From: an uncultured Chthonomonadaceae bacterium
GTDB lineage: Bacteria; Armatimonadota; Chthonomonadetes; Chthonomonadales; Chthonomonadaceae
Length of the DNA: 64,000 bases
Assembly: GCA_963817895.1 (NCBI GenBank)
Contig: CAWFQB010000004.1
Coordinates: 672,001 to 736,000, forward strand
Direction of reading: 5' to 3'
Below, piece after piece: positions 21,166 to 31,849 of the stretch (the stretch's first letter is position 1; every line of letters begins with the position of its first letter). The notes under the pieces are model-generated. The model made no database searches. It had not been told where the DNA came from and was given only the letters and a program-made list of their open reading frames with translations. The translations under genes and the position numbers were made by a program.

Positions 21166-22498
21166 ATGCGAATTACAGATATTATCGCGAAAAAACGGGA
21201 TGGAAACGCGCTGCGTCGGGAAGAGATTCAGTTCGTGATTGCGGGCGTGACGGACGGAACCTTGCCGGATTATCAGATCAGCGCGTGGCTGATGGCAACT
21301 TTTTTGCGCGGCATGTCCGAACAGGAAACGCTGGATTTGACCCTTGCCATGCGCGAATCGGGTGAGCGCATTGACCTGTCTGATCTGCCGAATGGCCCCA
21401 CATTGGACAAGCACAGCACAGGCGGAGTGGGGGATAAAACTACGCTCGTAGTCGTGCCGATACTGGCGGCGTTGGGCGTACCCATGCTGAAAATGAGCGG
21501 GCGCGGGTTGGGGTTTTCCGGCGGCACGGTAGACAAACTGGAAGCCATCCCCGGTTTTCGCGCGGATTTGACGGTTGCGGAAGCGAAAGCGCAGGTCGGG
21601 CGTATCGGCGCGGCCTTGATCGGGCAAAGCGCGTCCCTTGCGCCTGCCGATAAAATTTTATACGGCCTGCGGGACGTGACGGCAACGGTAGAAAGCGTAC
21701 CTCTCATCGCAAGCAGCATTATGAGCAAGAAACTGGCATCGGGCGGACAGCGGATTGTATTGGATGTAAAAGTGGGCAGGGGCGCATTTATGAAGACGCC
21801 GGAGCAGGCGCGCGTTCTGGCGCAAACGCTGGTACGGATTGGCAACGGCGCGGGCGTTCCTACTTCGGCAGTCCTGACGCGCATGGACGAGCCGCTCGGC
21901 AGGGCAGTTGGAAACGCGCTCGAAGTGCGAGAGGCGCTGGAACTGCTTCTCCATACGGAAAGTGAACCCGCCTTCCAAAATCTATGTATCGAACTTGCTC
22001 TGCATGGACTTCTGGCAGTCAACAGCAAATTAAAGGAAGAAGAGGCGCGTATTGCAATAGCAGAAGCCTTGCTGCGCGGAAGCGCATCGGCAAAATTCGC
22101 GGATATCGTGGCGGCGCAGGGCGGGCCGGACACACCGGAAGCCATTCTGAATTCGCTTCCCGTCGCGCCCATTCAGCAGGAAGTGAATTGCGAAGTCAAG
22201 CGGACTGGTGACGGGACTAAACGCCGAAACTATCGGTCGCCTCTCCGTAGATATGGGAGCGGGACGCCTGATGAAAAGCGATACGATTGATCCCGCCGTA
22301 GGCATTATGCTTCACGCGAAAACCCGCGATATTGTAACCCCACAAATCATGCTGGCAACCCTGCATGTTCGCGCCGGAGATGAGGGGAAAGTAGACGAGT
22401 GGACGCAAATTCTGCGTTCCGCCTATACCTTTGACGCGGACGTAAACAATGTTGAAACATTTAGCAAATCCTCGCTTGTGCTGGAAGTGGTTGAATAA
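21166..22498 (+). CDS. pdp: pyrimidine-nucleoside/thymidine phosphorylase, frameshift near 22200
   Basis: DKHSTGGVGDK, KMSGRGLGFSGGTVDKLE, RDVTATV..SIMSKK; C-terminal GAGR..IDPAVGI in 22208-22498. Confidence 0.9.
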
Positions 22499-22533
22499 AC
22501 TGACGTGGATTTACGAAGGCAAAACATCTTTTT

Positions 22534-22819
22534 CCGGGCATTGAAAATACCCGTCTGAGTGGCGTTCCGCCAAGCGTCCTTCGGACGCAAATTCATAAAT
22601 ACTTGAAGGATCGCGTCCGTAGGACGCTTGGCCGTAGGCCATACAGACAGGGGGGTTCAACCCCTGGCAAGAATGTGTCCTGTAGTGAACTTTGGCAGGG
22701 ATGCACCGGGTTGAAAATCTATGCTGGAAAGAGCGAGTGTCCTGCGGACACGAAATTCTTCAGGATTAGGTTATGTCCGTAGGACATTCGTACTTTCCTT
22801 CGCGGAATTTATTCCGGCG
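22534..22819. repeat. two inverted REP doublets (REPIN-like) between convergent genes
   Basis: CCGGGCATTGAAAATACCCG..GCGTCCTTCGGACGC / GCGTCCGTAGGACGC..GGGGTTCAACCCCTGG; then GTGTCCTGCGGACAC / ATGTCCGTAGGACAT..GCGGAATTTATTCCGGCG. Confidence 0.8.
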
Positions 22820-22824
22820 TACTC

Positions 22825-23985
22825 TTAGTGGTCCCAATGACCGTAGGTATCGGCGGGAAGTTTGCTGCCTTCCGGGTAGATGAGATAGATCAGGTATTTG
22901 GAGCGGTTCCAGGCGCGGAGGAAGTTGGCGCGGGGAAACACGCGGCGGCAGGCTTCGCCCTTTTCGGGATGGTGGGCCGGATCGTTCAGCACAATATCGC
23001 CCTCTTTCGTAAAGCCGTCACACACCATGAGATGCCCCGGATCGTTGTCGTGGGGCTTGCCTTTGAGCAGATCATACGACACGGATACGATGGGCGGGAT
23101 ACCGATGGCAACCCAGTCTTCCAGTTCGCGAATGTCGGAAAGGCGCGCGACATAGGCGCGGATGCCCGGAAACGAGCCGGCAAAAGCCGTGTTGAAAGGC
23201 CAGTTGCCGGTTCCACCGTACACTTTGTCGTAAATGGCGTGAGCCGCGTCGGGAACCGGAATATCGAGTTCGGGACGATGCAGCGATTTGGCCCAGAACG
23301 CCAGCGTCATGGATGTGCTTGTCGGACTGCACCAGACGCCGCCCCCCGGATAAATTAATTGTGATTTACCCGGAACCGCGATCTCTTTGCCCCATACCTC
23401 TTTGTTCGGTTCAAGCGGCGCAAGCGGCGTATGCGTATCGGCCAATGTCGCGCCCGCAAACTTCAGGCGGGGCAGTTCCCCTCCCGCTTTGCTTTCCAGC
23501 GTGATGCGCAGTTGCAAGCCTGTCGCGGGTTTGTTCAACACCAGCGTATCGGTGTCTACATTGCCGTCCTCATCCTTCTGATGATTTACGCTTTCGCGCG
23601 GAAAACCGCTGCCGTCCTTCGACCACAACCCCAACACGTAATATTTTGTCGCTTTGTCGCCGTGAAAGGCGCGAGCTTCCATTTTGATGCCCGTTCCCGC
23701 CGGGGCGTCCGCGTTCCACGAGCAGACAACTTCGTTGGCTGCAATATCCGTCGGCAAAACCGGGGACGTCAGAACCACAGTATGCGCGTCCGGGTGTTCC
23801 AGACGGTCGAAGGCGGCAAACTCATGGAAACCGATGAAAGCGCGTCCGCGCCGTTCCAAAGTCGGTGAATTCACGCGATGTCCTTTCGTTTTAACGGCAG
23901 GCGGAGCAGGATTTATCCGCAGGGTTGGCGAAATGAGTGGGGAGCCGAGAAGCAGGCTAAGACTAAAGGCGGCAAAAGCAAGCAT
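22825..23985 (-). CDS. secreted peptidase C39-like family protein
   Basis: Signal peptide; WCSPTS (Cys), GTGNWPFN, GHLMV (His), NDPA. Confidence 0.85.
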   Translation of the reverse strand: MLAFAAFSLSLLLGSPLISPTLRINPAPPAVKTKGHRVNSPTLERRGRAFIGFHEFAAFDRLEHPDAHTVVLTSPVLPTDIAANEVVCSWNADAPAGTGIKMEARAFHGDKATKYYVLGLWSKDGSGFPRESVNHQKDEDGNVDTDTLVLNKPATGLQLRITLESKAGGELPRLKFAGATLADTHTPLAPLEPNKEVWGKEIAVPGKSQLIYPGGGVWCSPTSTSMTLAFWAKSLHRPELDIPVPDAAHAIYDKVYGGTGNWPFNTAFAGSFPGIRAYVARLSDIRELEDWVAIGIPPIVSVSYDLLKGKPHDNDPGHLMVCDGFTKEGDIVLNDPAHHPEKGEACRRVFPRANFLRAWNRSKYLIYLIYPEGSKLPADTYGHWDH

Positions 23986-24007
23986 AAAATTTTCCCCTCA
24001 CAGATAG

Positions 24008-24109
24008 GAGTTTATCCCAACAGGGAACAGCATTTACGTCCGAAGGACGTTTAGCCGTAGGTTACGCAGACGGGTACGTTCTCTGTACCCGGCCTGGTGA
24101 GATAGGTTC
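24008..24109. mobile_element. degenerate copy of the 102-bp MITE
   Basis: GAGTTTATCCCAACAGG..CGTCCGAAGGACG..GTACCCGGCCTGGTGAGATAGGTTC; same length as the copies at 40328 and 43918. Confidence 0.8.
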
Positions 24110-24114
24110 TAAAA

Positions 24115-25092
24115 TCAGTGTTGACAACTGGCGGTATGGGCGTGTTCCTGAGTATAATCGTGGCTGTGTGTTCCCATGCGGCAGAAAAGTTCCTCCGTGT
24201 GGCAGGCGTCGCCGCACTCCGTTTCAATAGTGGAGTGCTGGACGTTGTACTCGGACGCGAGCAGGTTTTTTACGACCTGCACCACCTGCGCCGCCTGTGG
24301 CATCTCCTGTTCGCGAACGCGCAAATGGCAGGACAAGGCGTTCATGCCGTCGCCCACCGTCCATACGTGCAGGTCATGCAGGTCTATGACGCCGGGAACG
24401 GAGCGCACTCCCCGCGCCAGCGCGTCCAGATTCAGGCCGCGCGGGGTTCCTTCCAGCAGCACGTTGACGGTTTCCTGCACGATGCCCCATGACGAGTAGA
24501 TGATGAACAGGCCGATGAACGTGGAAACGAGGGGGTCGGCGTACACCCAGCCCGTAAAGTGAATGGCGATACCCGCCGCCAGAACGCCAAGCGACGAAAG
24601 CGCGTCGCCCGCCATGTGGATAAACGCGCTGCGCATGTTGACGTTGTGCGCGGCCTCGCCCCGAATTCCAATCGCGATACCAGTGTTCAGCGCGAAAGCA
24701 AGCGCGGCGACAAGCATCATCGGCGCGCTGCTGATGGCGTGGGGATGCGCGAACAACTGCCACGCTTCCACAAAAATAAAGACGGCGATACCAATTAATG
24801 TAAGCGCGTTGAACAGCGCAGTGAGGATTCCCACCCGATGATAGCCGAACGTGCGCGTGGAGGACGCGGGCTTACGGGCGATCCAGATGGCGTACCACGA
24901 CAGGCCGAGCGCCAGCGCGTCCGTGAAATTGTGGCCCGCGTCCGAAAGCAGGGCGAGACTGCCCGATTTCCAGCCTGCCGTCATCTCCACGACCACAAAG
25001 GCCAGAGTCAGCAGCAGGGACAGGCGCAGTTTGTTCTCGCTCATGCCTGCCGCGCTATGATGGGTGCATCCGCTATGATCATGCGCTGCCAT
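24115..25092 (-). CDS. cation diffusion facilitator (CzcD/ZitB-like)
   Basis: SLALLSDAGHNFTD, TFGYHR, AFIHMAGD, HDLHVW, His-rich termini. Confidence 0.92.
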   Translation of the reverse strand: MAAHDHSGCTHHSAAGMSENKLRLSLLLTLAFVVVEMTAGWKSGSLALLSDAGHNFTDALALGLSWYAIWIARKPASSTRTFGYHRVGILTALFNALTLIGIAVFIFVEAWQLFAHPHAISSAPMMLVAALAFALNTGIAIGIRGEAAHNVNMRSAFIHMAGDALSSLGVLAAGIAIHFTGWVYADPLVSTFIGLFIIYSSWGIVQETVNVLLEGTPRGLNLDALARGVRSVPGVIDLHDLHVWTVGDGMNALSCHLRVREQEMPQAAQVVQVVKNLLASEYNVQHSTIETECGDACHTEELFCRMGTHSHDYTQEHAHTASCQH

Positions 25093-25293
25093 AATTTCGG
25101 TTAGGACCTTTCCAAAGGCGTGATTCTTTTGTACTGACGAATGTTCCCAATTGATTTGCGTATGGTTCCATACGCAGCGCGGGAATAAGTTGACAGCGAC
25201 AGGCAATTGTACCACGATATGGGTAGAGGAAGAAACGCCAACAGGAGAATTTACGGCAAAATACCGGGAAAATGAGGCGGGAAATTTGCCCGG

Positions 25294-25323
25294 TTGACGC
25301 TGTTAATGGGCTTATGTTATAAT
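25294..25323 (+). promoter_or_regulatory. putative sigma70 promoter
   Basis: TTGACG-N18-TATAAT with extended TG upstream of the kinase gene. Confidence 0.55.
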
Positions 25324-25398
25324 GCACAAATCCCGACAGGGAAGAACCCCGATTTTGTCGCATGGCAGAAGGGAACGAGGCAGGTGGCAGCAAGTATT

Positions 25399-27144
25399 AT
25401 GGAAGACAACGACGCTCTCAAACAAGAAATAGCAGCCTTGCATCGGCAACTGGCCGAGCAAAAAGACAAAATAGACACTCTGGAACGCGCCCGAACCAGC
25501 GCCTCGGATGTTGGCGAAATGCCCAGCGCCATCAGCGAATTTGAAGACACGCTGCGCCGTCTGGTGCAGCGCACGGCGATGATTGTGCAGGCGGAAAAAT
25601 GCGTGATCATGGTGCGGGATCGGGAAGCCGATGAACTCGTCGCCCGCGCCCCCGCCTTCGGCATGACGGACCTGGAAGTCAAGTCGTACCGGATTGAATC
25701 GCACAGGGGCATATCGGGCGAAGTGTTTACGTCCGGCAAAGCGTCCATTCTGGAAAACAGTGGGGAAGACCCGCGCGCGCTCATGGAGCATTTGCCCGGC
25801 CTGCGCATCCGCAACGGCGTCACGGTTCCGCTTGTCGTGGAACGGCGGGATGATGAGAACCACATCACTGAACAGCAGCGCATCGGCGTCCTGCACTGCT
25901 TCAACAAGCGTTACGGCGGCGCGTTCATCGAAGAGGATGTGCGCCTGCTGGAACGCCTGTCGCGCAACGCCGCAGCCGTTATCGCCAACGCGCAGATGTA
26001 TCAGGAAGTGGTTCAGGAAAAGCAAAAACTGGTACACACGCTGGAAAGCCTGACAGCGGGATTGATTCTCATCAATCAGCATGGGCGTATCAGCCAGATG
26101 AACGCGCAGGCGCGAATCATGTTCAGTATCAAAGATGGCAACGATCCGCTGCACAAGCCGTTCACTGACGTTATTCAGCACGAGCAGTGCCTCGCCATTC
26201 TGAATCGTAAAATCGAGGAGTCCAATAATCCTCCACCCCCCAGTGAAGAAGAATTAGAGCCGCGTAAACCCGATGAAATCACCATCACGGACGAGGACGG
26301 CAGCTACGTCTATCAGCTTCATGCCGCCAATGTGCGCGATGACGACAATCAGCCGTTCGGCATCGTGGTTATCTTCAACGACATCACCGATCTCCGGGCT
26401 GTGGAGCGCATGAAGACGGAATTCGTTTCCATTGTATCCCATGAGTTGCGCACCCCGCTCACGCCCATGAAGGGCTTCATTCGCACCCTGCTGGATGATG
26501 AGAAAGAAGAGTGGTACAATCAGGACGACCGGCGCGAGTTCTATACCATCATTGATGAAAACGTAGACCGTCTTGGCCGCCTTATCAATGACCTGCTCAA
26601 CGTTTCGCGGATCGAGCGCGGCGCAGGACTGGAATTCAACTGGGCCGACGTGGATTTGCGTAAATCGGTGGATGACGCCATTTCGATGCAAAAAGGCCGG
26701 TCGGATACGCATCAGTTGGTTGTGGATTTCGAGCCTGAACATCTCATCGCGGAAACCGATCCCGACCTGTTCCAGAACATTCTGCACAACCTGCTTTCCA
26801 ACGCGATCAAATACTCCGATGGCGGCGAAGTGCGCGTTATCGGGCGCGTGGAACCCGCGACGGAGGACGAGCCGGAAACCGTTCTTATCGGCGTGAAGGA
26901 TCAGGGCCGGGGATTGTCGGAAGCGGAATTGAAAAAGGTGGGCTTGATGTTCAGCCGCTTCAAAAGCGCGGGCGGCAAACAGGGTACGGGCATCGGCCTG
27001 TACCTTGTCACCGCTATCGTGAAGGGGCATCACGGCAGGCTGATTCCCGAAAGCGACGGTCACGGCAAAGGCTCGACCTTCTGGTTCCGCTTCCCCCGCA
27101 AACAGCCAGTGCCGGAGACGAAAGTAGTGGAAGAAGCGAAGTAG
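25399..27144 (+). CDS. cytoplasmic GAF-PAS sensor histidine kinase
   Basis: GAF (NKRYGGAFIEEDVRLL), [31 protein letters not shown]. Confidence 0.92.
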   Translation: MEDNDALKQEIAALHRQLAEQKDKIDTLERARTSASDVGEMPSAISEFEDTLRRLVQRTAMIVQAEKCVIMVRDREADELVARAPAFGMTDLEVKSYRIESHRGISGEVFTSGKASILENSGEDPRALMEHLPGLRIRNGVTVPLVVERRDDENHITEQQRIGVLHCFNKRYGGAFIEEDVRLLERLSRNAAAVIANAQMYQEVVQEKQKLVHTLESLTAGLILINQHGRISQMNAQARIMFSIKDGNDPLHKPFTDVIQHEQCLAILNRKIEESNNPPPPSEEELEPRKPDEITITDEDGSYVYQLHAANVRDDDNQPFGIVVIFNDITDLRAVERMKTEFVSIVSHELRTPLTPMKGFIRTLLDDEKEEWYNQDDRREFYTIIDENVDRLGRLINDLLNVSRIERGAGLEFNWADVDLRKSVDDAISMQKGRSDTHQLVVDFEPEHLIAETDPDLFQNILHNLLSNAIKYSDGGEVRVIGRVEPATEDEPETVLIGVKDQGRGLSEAELKKVGLMFSRFKSAGGKQGTGIGLYLVTAIVKGHHGRLIPESDGHGKGSTFWFRFPRKQPVPETKVVEEAK

Positions 27145-27245
27145 GTGTTGGGTGTTCGGTATTCGGACAGTCGTCCTAAAACGAACACAAACCTTTGTAC
27201 CGGCGTATTCACCGAACACCGAATACCGAACACCCAACACCTACT
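27140..27245. repeat. heptamer-built inverted repeat starting at the kinase stop codon
   Basis: Perfect 27-bp IR AGTAGGTGTTGGGTGTTCGGTATTCGG / CCGAATACCGAACACCCAACACCTACT. Confidence 0.9.
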
Positions 27246-27281
27246 GTGGAACATCCCCTCGGCGAGCAGAGTCAAAATACA

Positions 27282-27740
27282 ATGAAAGTGGTTCGTGTGG
27301 AATTTGCGCGTGAAAGGGAGAGTGAGGGGCTGCCGTTTCCTGCGTATGCGACGGTAGGGGCGGCAGGGCTGGATTTGTGCGCGGCTCTGCCTGCCGAGGC
27401 GCCCTGTACGCTTTCGCCGGGGCAGCGCGTTCTGATTACGACGGGCTTGCGGATTGTTCTTCCCGAAGGTTATGAGGGGCAGGTGCGGGCGCGCAGTGGA
27501 TGGGCGGTCAAGCACGGTATCGGCGTCCTCAATGCCCCCGGAACTATTGACAGCGATTATCGCGGCGTCGTGCAGGTTCTGCTTGTGAATTGGGGACAGG
27601 CGGCGTTTACGATTGAGCGCGGGGATCGTATCGCGCAGTTGGTAGTGGCTCCTGTTGTCCGCGCCGTTGTGGTGGAAGCGGAAACCGTTTCCGAAACTCC
27701 GCGCGGCAATGGCGGATTTGGCAGTACGGGACATAGATAG
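27282..27740 (+). CDS. dut: dUTP diphosphatase
   Basis: AAGLDL, RSG, GTIDSDYRG, GDRIAQL, RGNGGFGSTG. Confidence 0.96.
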   Translation: MKVVRVEFARERESEGLPFPAYATVGAAGLDLCAALPAEAPCTLSPGQRVLITTGLRIVLPEGYEGQVRARSGWAVKHGIGVLNAPGTIDSDYRGVVQVLLVNWGQAAFTIERGDRIAQLVVAPVVRAVVVEAETVSETPRGNGGFGSTGHR

Positions 27741-27774
27741 AATTACCTGAACAGCTACGCTTCGAGGTTTACTT

Positions 27775-29310
27775 ATGGAATGTACCCAATGTGAGATGCA
27801 GTTGAACGCGGACGCGAACTTTTGCGCGCGCTGTGGCAGGCAAATAGAGCGCAGCGCGTTCAAGAGTGAAGCGAACGCTGTAGAAGTTGCCGCCGTTCCG
27901 TCGCAGGCGCCTGTTGACACGGCAATGCAGGACGCGCTTGCCGCTGCCCTCCGCGCCAACACGCTTTCGGGCGGGTTGGGCGTCAAATCGCAACATGCGC
28001 CGTATGCCGTTTTGCCCACATCCCCGTCTACGGCGGCAGTGTCCGGCGAGAAGCTATCCGGGCAATCCGTTCATGCGCTGCTGGCGCAGGCCAACCTGCA
28101 CCGGATGCGCCACAGGTGGGATGACGCGATTGAATGTTGCGTGGATGTGCTGCGGATTCAGCCCGCTAATCAGACAGCCCATGTATTGCTGGGGGATATA
28201 TATCGGGACCAGAACCGCCTCGACGATGCTATACAATGGTACGGCATGGCCGTTGATTTACGCCCTAATCCCACCGATCAGGCGAAACTGGAACAGGTTA
28301 TTCAGGCGCGCGACCGCATGGAACGCTCGAATGTATTGCGTATTCAGCGTGGCTATGGCAATTCATCGGTGTCGGCCATTGATCGGGGAACCGATCTAAA
28401 CACAGGCACGACCAACCTGATGGGATTGTCGCCGCGCCGCTGGCTGCGCGGAATAACCGCAACGTCGTTGGGATTTGTCGTGCTTGTGCTGATAGGGCTT
28501 GCCTGGAACGCGAAACGCGGCCATACCGTGACAAGTTCCAAAGCGCCGAATACGCCCGCGCCGTTTGGAAGAGGCTCGTTCGACATGCCGGCCCATCGGC
28601 TGGATAAAACGCCGCCCGCGTATCAGGTGGCGCAGGCCGCGAACGGCAACCGGATCGTGGTTACGGGCGGCGCGGGACTGGCTCCCGACCGAAACCCGCG
28701 TACTACAACCGCGCCGCTTTCGCCGCAAAATACGCCCGTTCCCGGTCCATCGCGGCCCGGTTCCACTTTGCCCACGTTTGGCTCCGCCGCGCCCGCAAGC
28801 GCAGGCCCCGCGCCCCTGCTGAATATCCCGCCCGCGCCGGTTCAAAACGTTCAGCCGCTTCCCAACTCGGCGCAGCCGCAGAGTGGCGCGAGCGCGTTGG
28901 CGACAACCCCCCCGCCTTCTAACCGACTGACGGACGGCTTGCAACATGCCCAAACCGTGAATGATGGGGGCGTGGGCGCAACCGTGCTGCTGTCAGGCGC
29001 GCCCTCGCTGGTACTGGACAACAGCCCGCGCGGTCAGGAGATAATGCTGCGCAACGTGTACCGCGCGGCGCGTACCGCGTTTGCCAACAACACGATGCTG
29101 ATGCGGGTAAAAGTTTTCATCGAAACCCAGACGCCGACTTCCGGGCAGGCGGTCATTCTGGAAGCGGAAGTGGATCGCAGCACGGCCAATAACGCCAACC
29201 CGGACACAGACAGCGCCACAAGCCTGCAAAGCAGACTGGCGTATTTTCATTACACCGGAAACGTGTCCGCGCCGGTCGCCTCCCCCGTCACAGAAACGGG
29301 CCAACAGTAA
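27775..29310 (+). CDS. zinc-ribbon + TPR + single TM + Pro-rich linker protein
   Basis: CTQC..FCARCG; TPR (AHVLLGDIY); TM helix near aa 228-245; Pro/Ala-rich linker and C-terminal globular domain. Confidence 0.8.
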   Translation: MECTQCEMQLNADANFCARCGRQIERSAFKSEANAVEVAAVPSQAPVDTAMQDALAAALRANTLSGGLGVKSQHAPYAVLPTSPSTAAVSGEKLSGQSVHALLAQANLHRMRHRWDDAIECCVDVLRIQPANQTAHVLLGDIYRDQNRLDDAIQWYGMAVDLRPNPTDQAKLEQVIQARDRMERSNVLRIQRGYGNSSVSAIDRGTDLNTGTTNLMGLSPRRWLRGITATSLGFVVLVLIGLAWNAKRGHTVTSSKAPNTPAPFGRGSFDMPAHRLDKTPPAYQVAQAANGNRIVVTGGAGLAPDRNPRTTTAPLSPQNTPVPGPSRPGSTLPTFGSAAPASAGPAPLLNIPPAPVQNVQPLPNSAQPQSGASALATTPPPSNRLTDGLQHAQTVNDGGVGATVLLSGAPSLVLDNSPRGQEIMLRNVYRAARTAFANNTMLMRVKVFIETQTPTSGQAVILEAEVDRSTANNANPDTDSATSLQSRLAYFHYTGNVSAPVASPVTETGQQ

Positions 29311-29347
29311 ACTTACTATAAAACACAGGTTTAATGGTCGAACCAGG

Positions 29348-29389
29348 TACGCCGCGCTGTTCATCAGGAACAGCGCGGCGTATTATTTT
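29348..29389 (+). terminator. intrinsic terminator
   Basis: 15-bp stem TACGCCGCGCTGTTC/GAACAGCGCGGCGTA followed by TTATTTT. Confidence 0.75.
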
Positions 29390-29602
29390 GCTGCCTGAAT
29401 CTATTTGTGTGACATTTGTATACTATGAACGGAAGAGACAAATTTTCATATCTAACCTGAAAAACAACGTCCGCGCAGGAAGTTGAACGCTCCGATGTCC
29501 TTACGGGAGTTCGGCGAAATGCTATAATAATAGAGCGGTTTCCTGTAAGATGCGGAGTCCAGTCTGATACTCCACAATGGTTGAGGCGATGTGTCGGGAA
29601 GG

Positions 29603-30292
29603 ATGAAGAACACAGCTATGAAAGTTCTCGTCGTGGATGACGAATTGCCGATTGTAGAGGCTGTCTCCTACAATTTGAAAAAGGAGGGCTATCGCGTTCT
29701 GACTGCCGGGGACGCGGAACAGTGCCTCGAAATCGCGCGTCGCGACCAGCCGGATTTAATCATTCTGGATGTGATGCTGCCCTCCGCCAGCGGTTTTGAC
29801 GTGTGCCGGATGCTGCGCAAGCAGAACAGCGTCCCCATCATTATGCTGACGGCTCGCGCCGACTCCTCGGATCGGGTTGTGGGACTGGAACTGGGCGCGG
29901 ATGATTACGTGACCAAGCCTTTCAACATGCGCGAACTGATGGCGCGAGTGAAAGGCGTATTGCGGCGTACCACCTCACAGGAAATGACGGAACAACCCAT
30001 ACAGGCCGGGAACCTGACCATTGATCCCAATCGTTTCGAGGTTCGGGTGGGAACTCGTCCGGTCACGCTGTCACCCAAAGAGTTTGAACTGCTGCGGTTC
30101 CTCGCTTCGCATCCGGGACAGGTGTTTTCGCGACAGGTATTATTGGATCGCGTATGGGGCGCGGAAGCGTATGTGGAAGAGCGCACCGTGGACGTGCATA
30201 TCCGCTGGCTGCGCGAAAAAGTGGAAGACGATCCTTCCCACCCCCGCCGCCTGCTGACCGTGCGCGGCGTCGGGTATAAATTCAGTGGATAG
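29603..30292 (+). CDS. OmpR/PhoB family response regulator (PhoB/PhoP-like)
   Basis: VVDDE, ILDVMLP, GADDYVTKPF, RTVDVHIRWLREK, TVRGVGY. Confidence 0.93.
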   Translation: MKNTAMKVLVVDDELPIVEAVSYNLKKEGYRVLTAGDAEQCLEIARRDQPDLIILDVMLPSASGFDVCRMLRKQNSVPIIMLTARADSSDRVVGLELGADDYVTKPFNMRELMARVKGVLRRTTSQEMTEQPIQAGNLTIDPNRFEVRVGTRPVTLSPKEFELLRFLASHPGQVFSRQVLLDRVWGAEAYVEERTVDVHIRWLREKVEDDPSHPRRLLTVRGVGYKFSG

Positions 30293-30456
30293 TACACCGT
30301 CAAGGTAGAACATAAAACATTGTAGGGGTTCTGCTTGCTGAACCCTCCTCAAACGTTGGCGGAACCCTCCTAATGTAAGGCGCAGCAAGCGTTTTCAGAG
30401 GGCGCAGCAAGCGTTTTCAGAGGGCGCAGCAAGCAACGCCCCTACCTGAACGTGCA
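30291..30456. repeat. GTAG-REP doublet with GTACACCGTCAAGGTAG left end, between regulator and kinase
   Basis: Starts on the TAG stop; internal tandem GGCGCAGCAAGCGTTTTCAGAG x2; ends CGCCCCTACC. Confidence 0.85.
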
Positions 30457-30515
30457 TCCTTGATGAAATGTTAGAATCAATGAAGTGTAAGAAACATCAT
30501 GGATAGGTTGACGCC

Positions 30516-31607
30516 GTGAACAGTGTTCAGGAAAGCAATGTGATAAGCGGGGCTGTGTACCGTCTGCTGCTGGAGCAGTTGGATACCGGAGTCCTGATTG
30601 CCGATGAACAGCGGCGCATTTTAGAGGGCAATGCCGCCGCCGCGCGTTTGTTGAGCGTTCGCGGGGGAAATCTTGTCGGCAAAACGCTGCTGGAAGCGAC
30701 ACTCTCATACGAGATCGGAACGCTGGTAAACCGCGCGCAGGAGAGCGGCGTCCCTCAACAGCAGGAGATACATCGCCCGGAAATCGGAGGGCGAATGTTG
30801 CGAACGCGGGTGATTCCTCTTGGCGCAAATAGCAAAACCGGCGTGGGCGCGAATGAAGCGGGTTTGGAAGGGGGCAACGGCAGCCCCTGTTTTTTGCTGC
30901 TGCTGGAGGATGTGACGGAACTGCGGCGGCTGGAAACGGTGCGGCGTGACTTCGTGGCGAACGTGTCTCACGAACTGCGAACGCCCCTCGCTTCCATTCG
31001 CGCGATGGCGGAAACGCTTCAGGACGGCGCGTTGTACGATGGCGAAGTCGCTAACCGGTTTGTAAACATTATTGTGGGCGAAGTAGAGCGATTGACGCGC
31101 ATACTGGAAGACCTGCTGATTCTGTCGCGCGCCGAATCGCAGGCCCCGGAGCGCGAACCATTCGCGCTGACCACGCTGGTACGCGATGTTGTCGAGCGGT
31201 CGAACGCGCAGGCGGAAAAATCAGGTTTGAAATTGTCCTATGCCGACAGCCCGCACATCGAAGTGAACGCGAACCGGGACCAGATTGAGCAGGTGCTGGT
31301 GAATCTGGTAGACAATGCTATCAAGTACACATCAAGCGGCGGCAAAATAACCGTGTGGACAGAGACAAACGACGGGCGGGCAAGCGTTCATATCAGAGAT
31401 TCGGGGATTGGCGTGTTAAGTCAGGACTTGCCGCGCCTGTTCGAGCGTTTCTATCGCGTAGATAAAGCCCGCTCCCGGCAATCCGGCGGAACGGGCTTAG
31501 GTTTGTCCATTGTAAAGCATATCGTGGAAATGCACGGCGGCAGCGTACAGGTGCAAAGCGAATACGGCAAGGGCAGCGTGTTTTCGTTTACGCTTCCTGT
31601 GCAATAG
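30516..31607 (+). CDS. PhoR-like PAS sensor histidine kinase, no TM helix seen
   Basis: [47 protein letters not shown]. Confidence 0.92.
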   Translation: MNSVQESNVISGAVYRLLLEQLDTGVLIADEQRRILEGNAAAARLLSVRGGNLVGKTLLEATLSYEIGTLVNRAQESGVPQQQEIHRPEIGGRMLRTRVIPLGANSKTGVGANEAGLEGGNGSPCFLLLLEDVTELRRLETVRRDFVANVSHELRTPLASIRAMAETLQDGALYDGEVANRFVNIIVGEVERLTRILEDLLILSRAESQAPEREPFALTTLVRDVVERSNAQAEKSGLKLSYADSPHIEVNANRDQIEQVLVNLVDNAIKYTSSGGKITVWTETNDGRASVHIRDSGIGVLSQDLPRLFERFYRVDKARSRQSGGTGLGLSIVKHIVEMHGGSVQVQSEYGKGSVFSFTLPVQ

Positions 31608-31849
31608 AAGGTCAGGTGTCGCGTGTCGAATAAATTCATCCAGCGCCTGAAACCCAACATCTGACAACCCTCCTTTTAACCCCTAACCCCTCTTTGCGCC
31701 CCGGGCTTTCCTCTGCGTCCTTCCTACGAATCTCTGCATGACGTTCTCCAACGACAAGCCTTCGATAGCAACACGCTAAAGATACTGCGGCGGCGTGTCA
31801 TAATAGATAGGCTTGACACAGAGTTATTGAATGGAAAGAACGGCGGTAT

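Noticed and set aside
22500..22820. Possible structured ncRNA or riboswitch
   Set aside because: The hairpins are copies of a dispersed repeat also seen at 20018, 24008, 40328 and 43918, and the region lies between two gene 3' ends.
29404..29425. Possible Pho box upstream of the phoB-like gene (TTTGTGTGACA TTTGTATACTA)
   Set aside because: Only a partial 11-bp repeat, about 95 nt from the apparent extended -10 at 29520; too weak to call.
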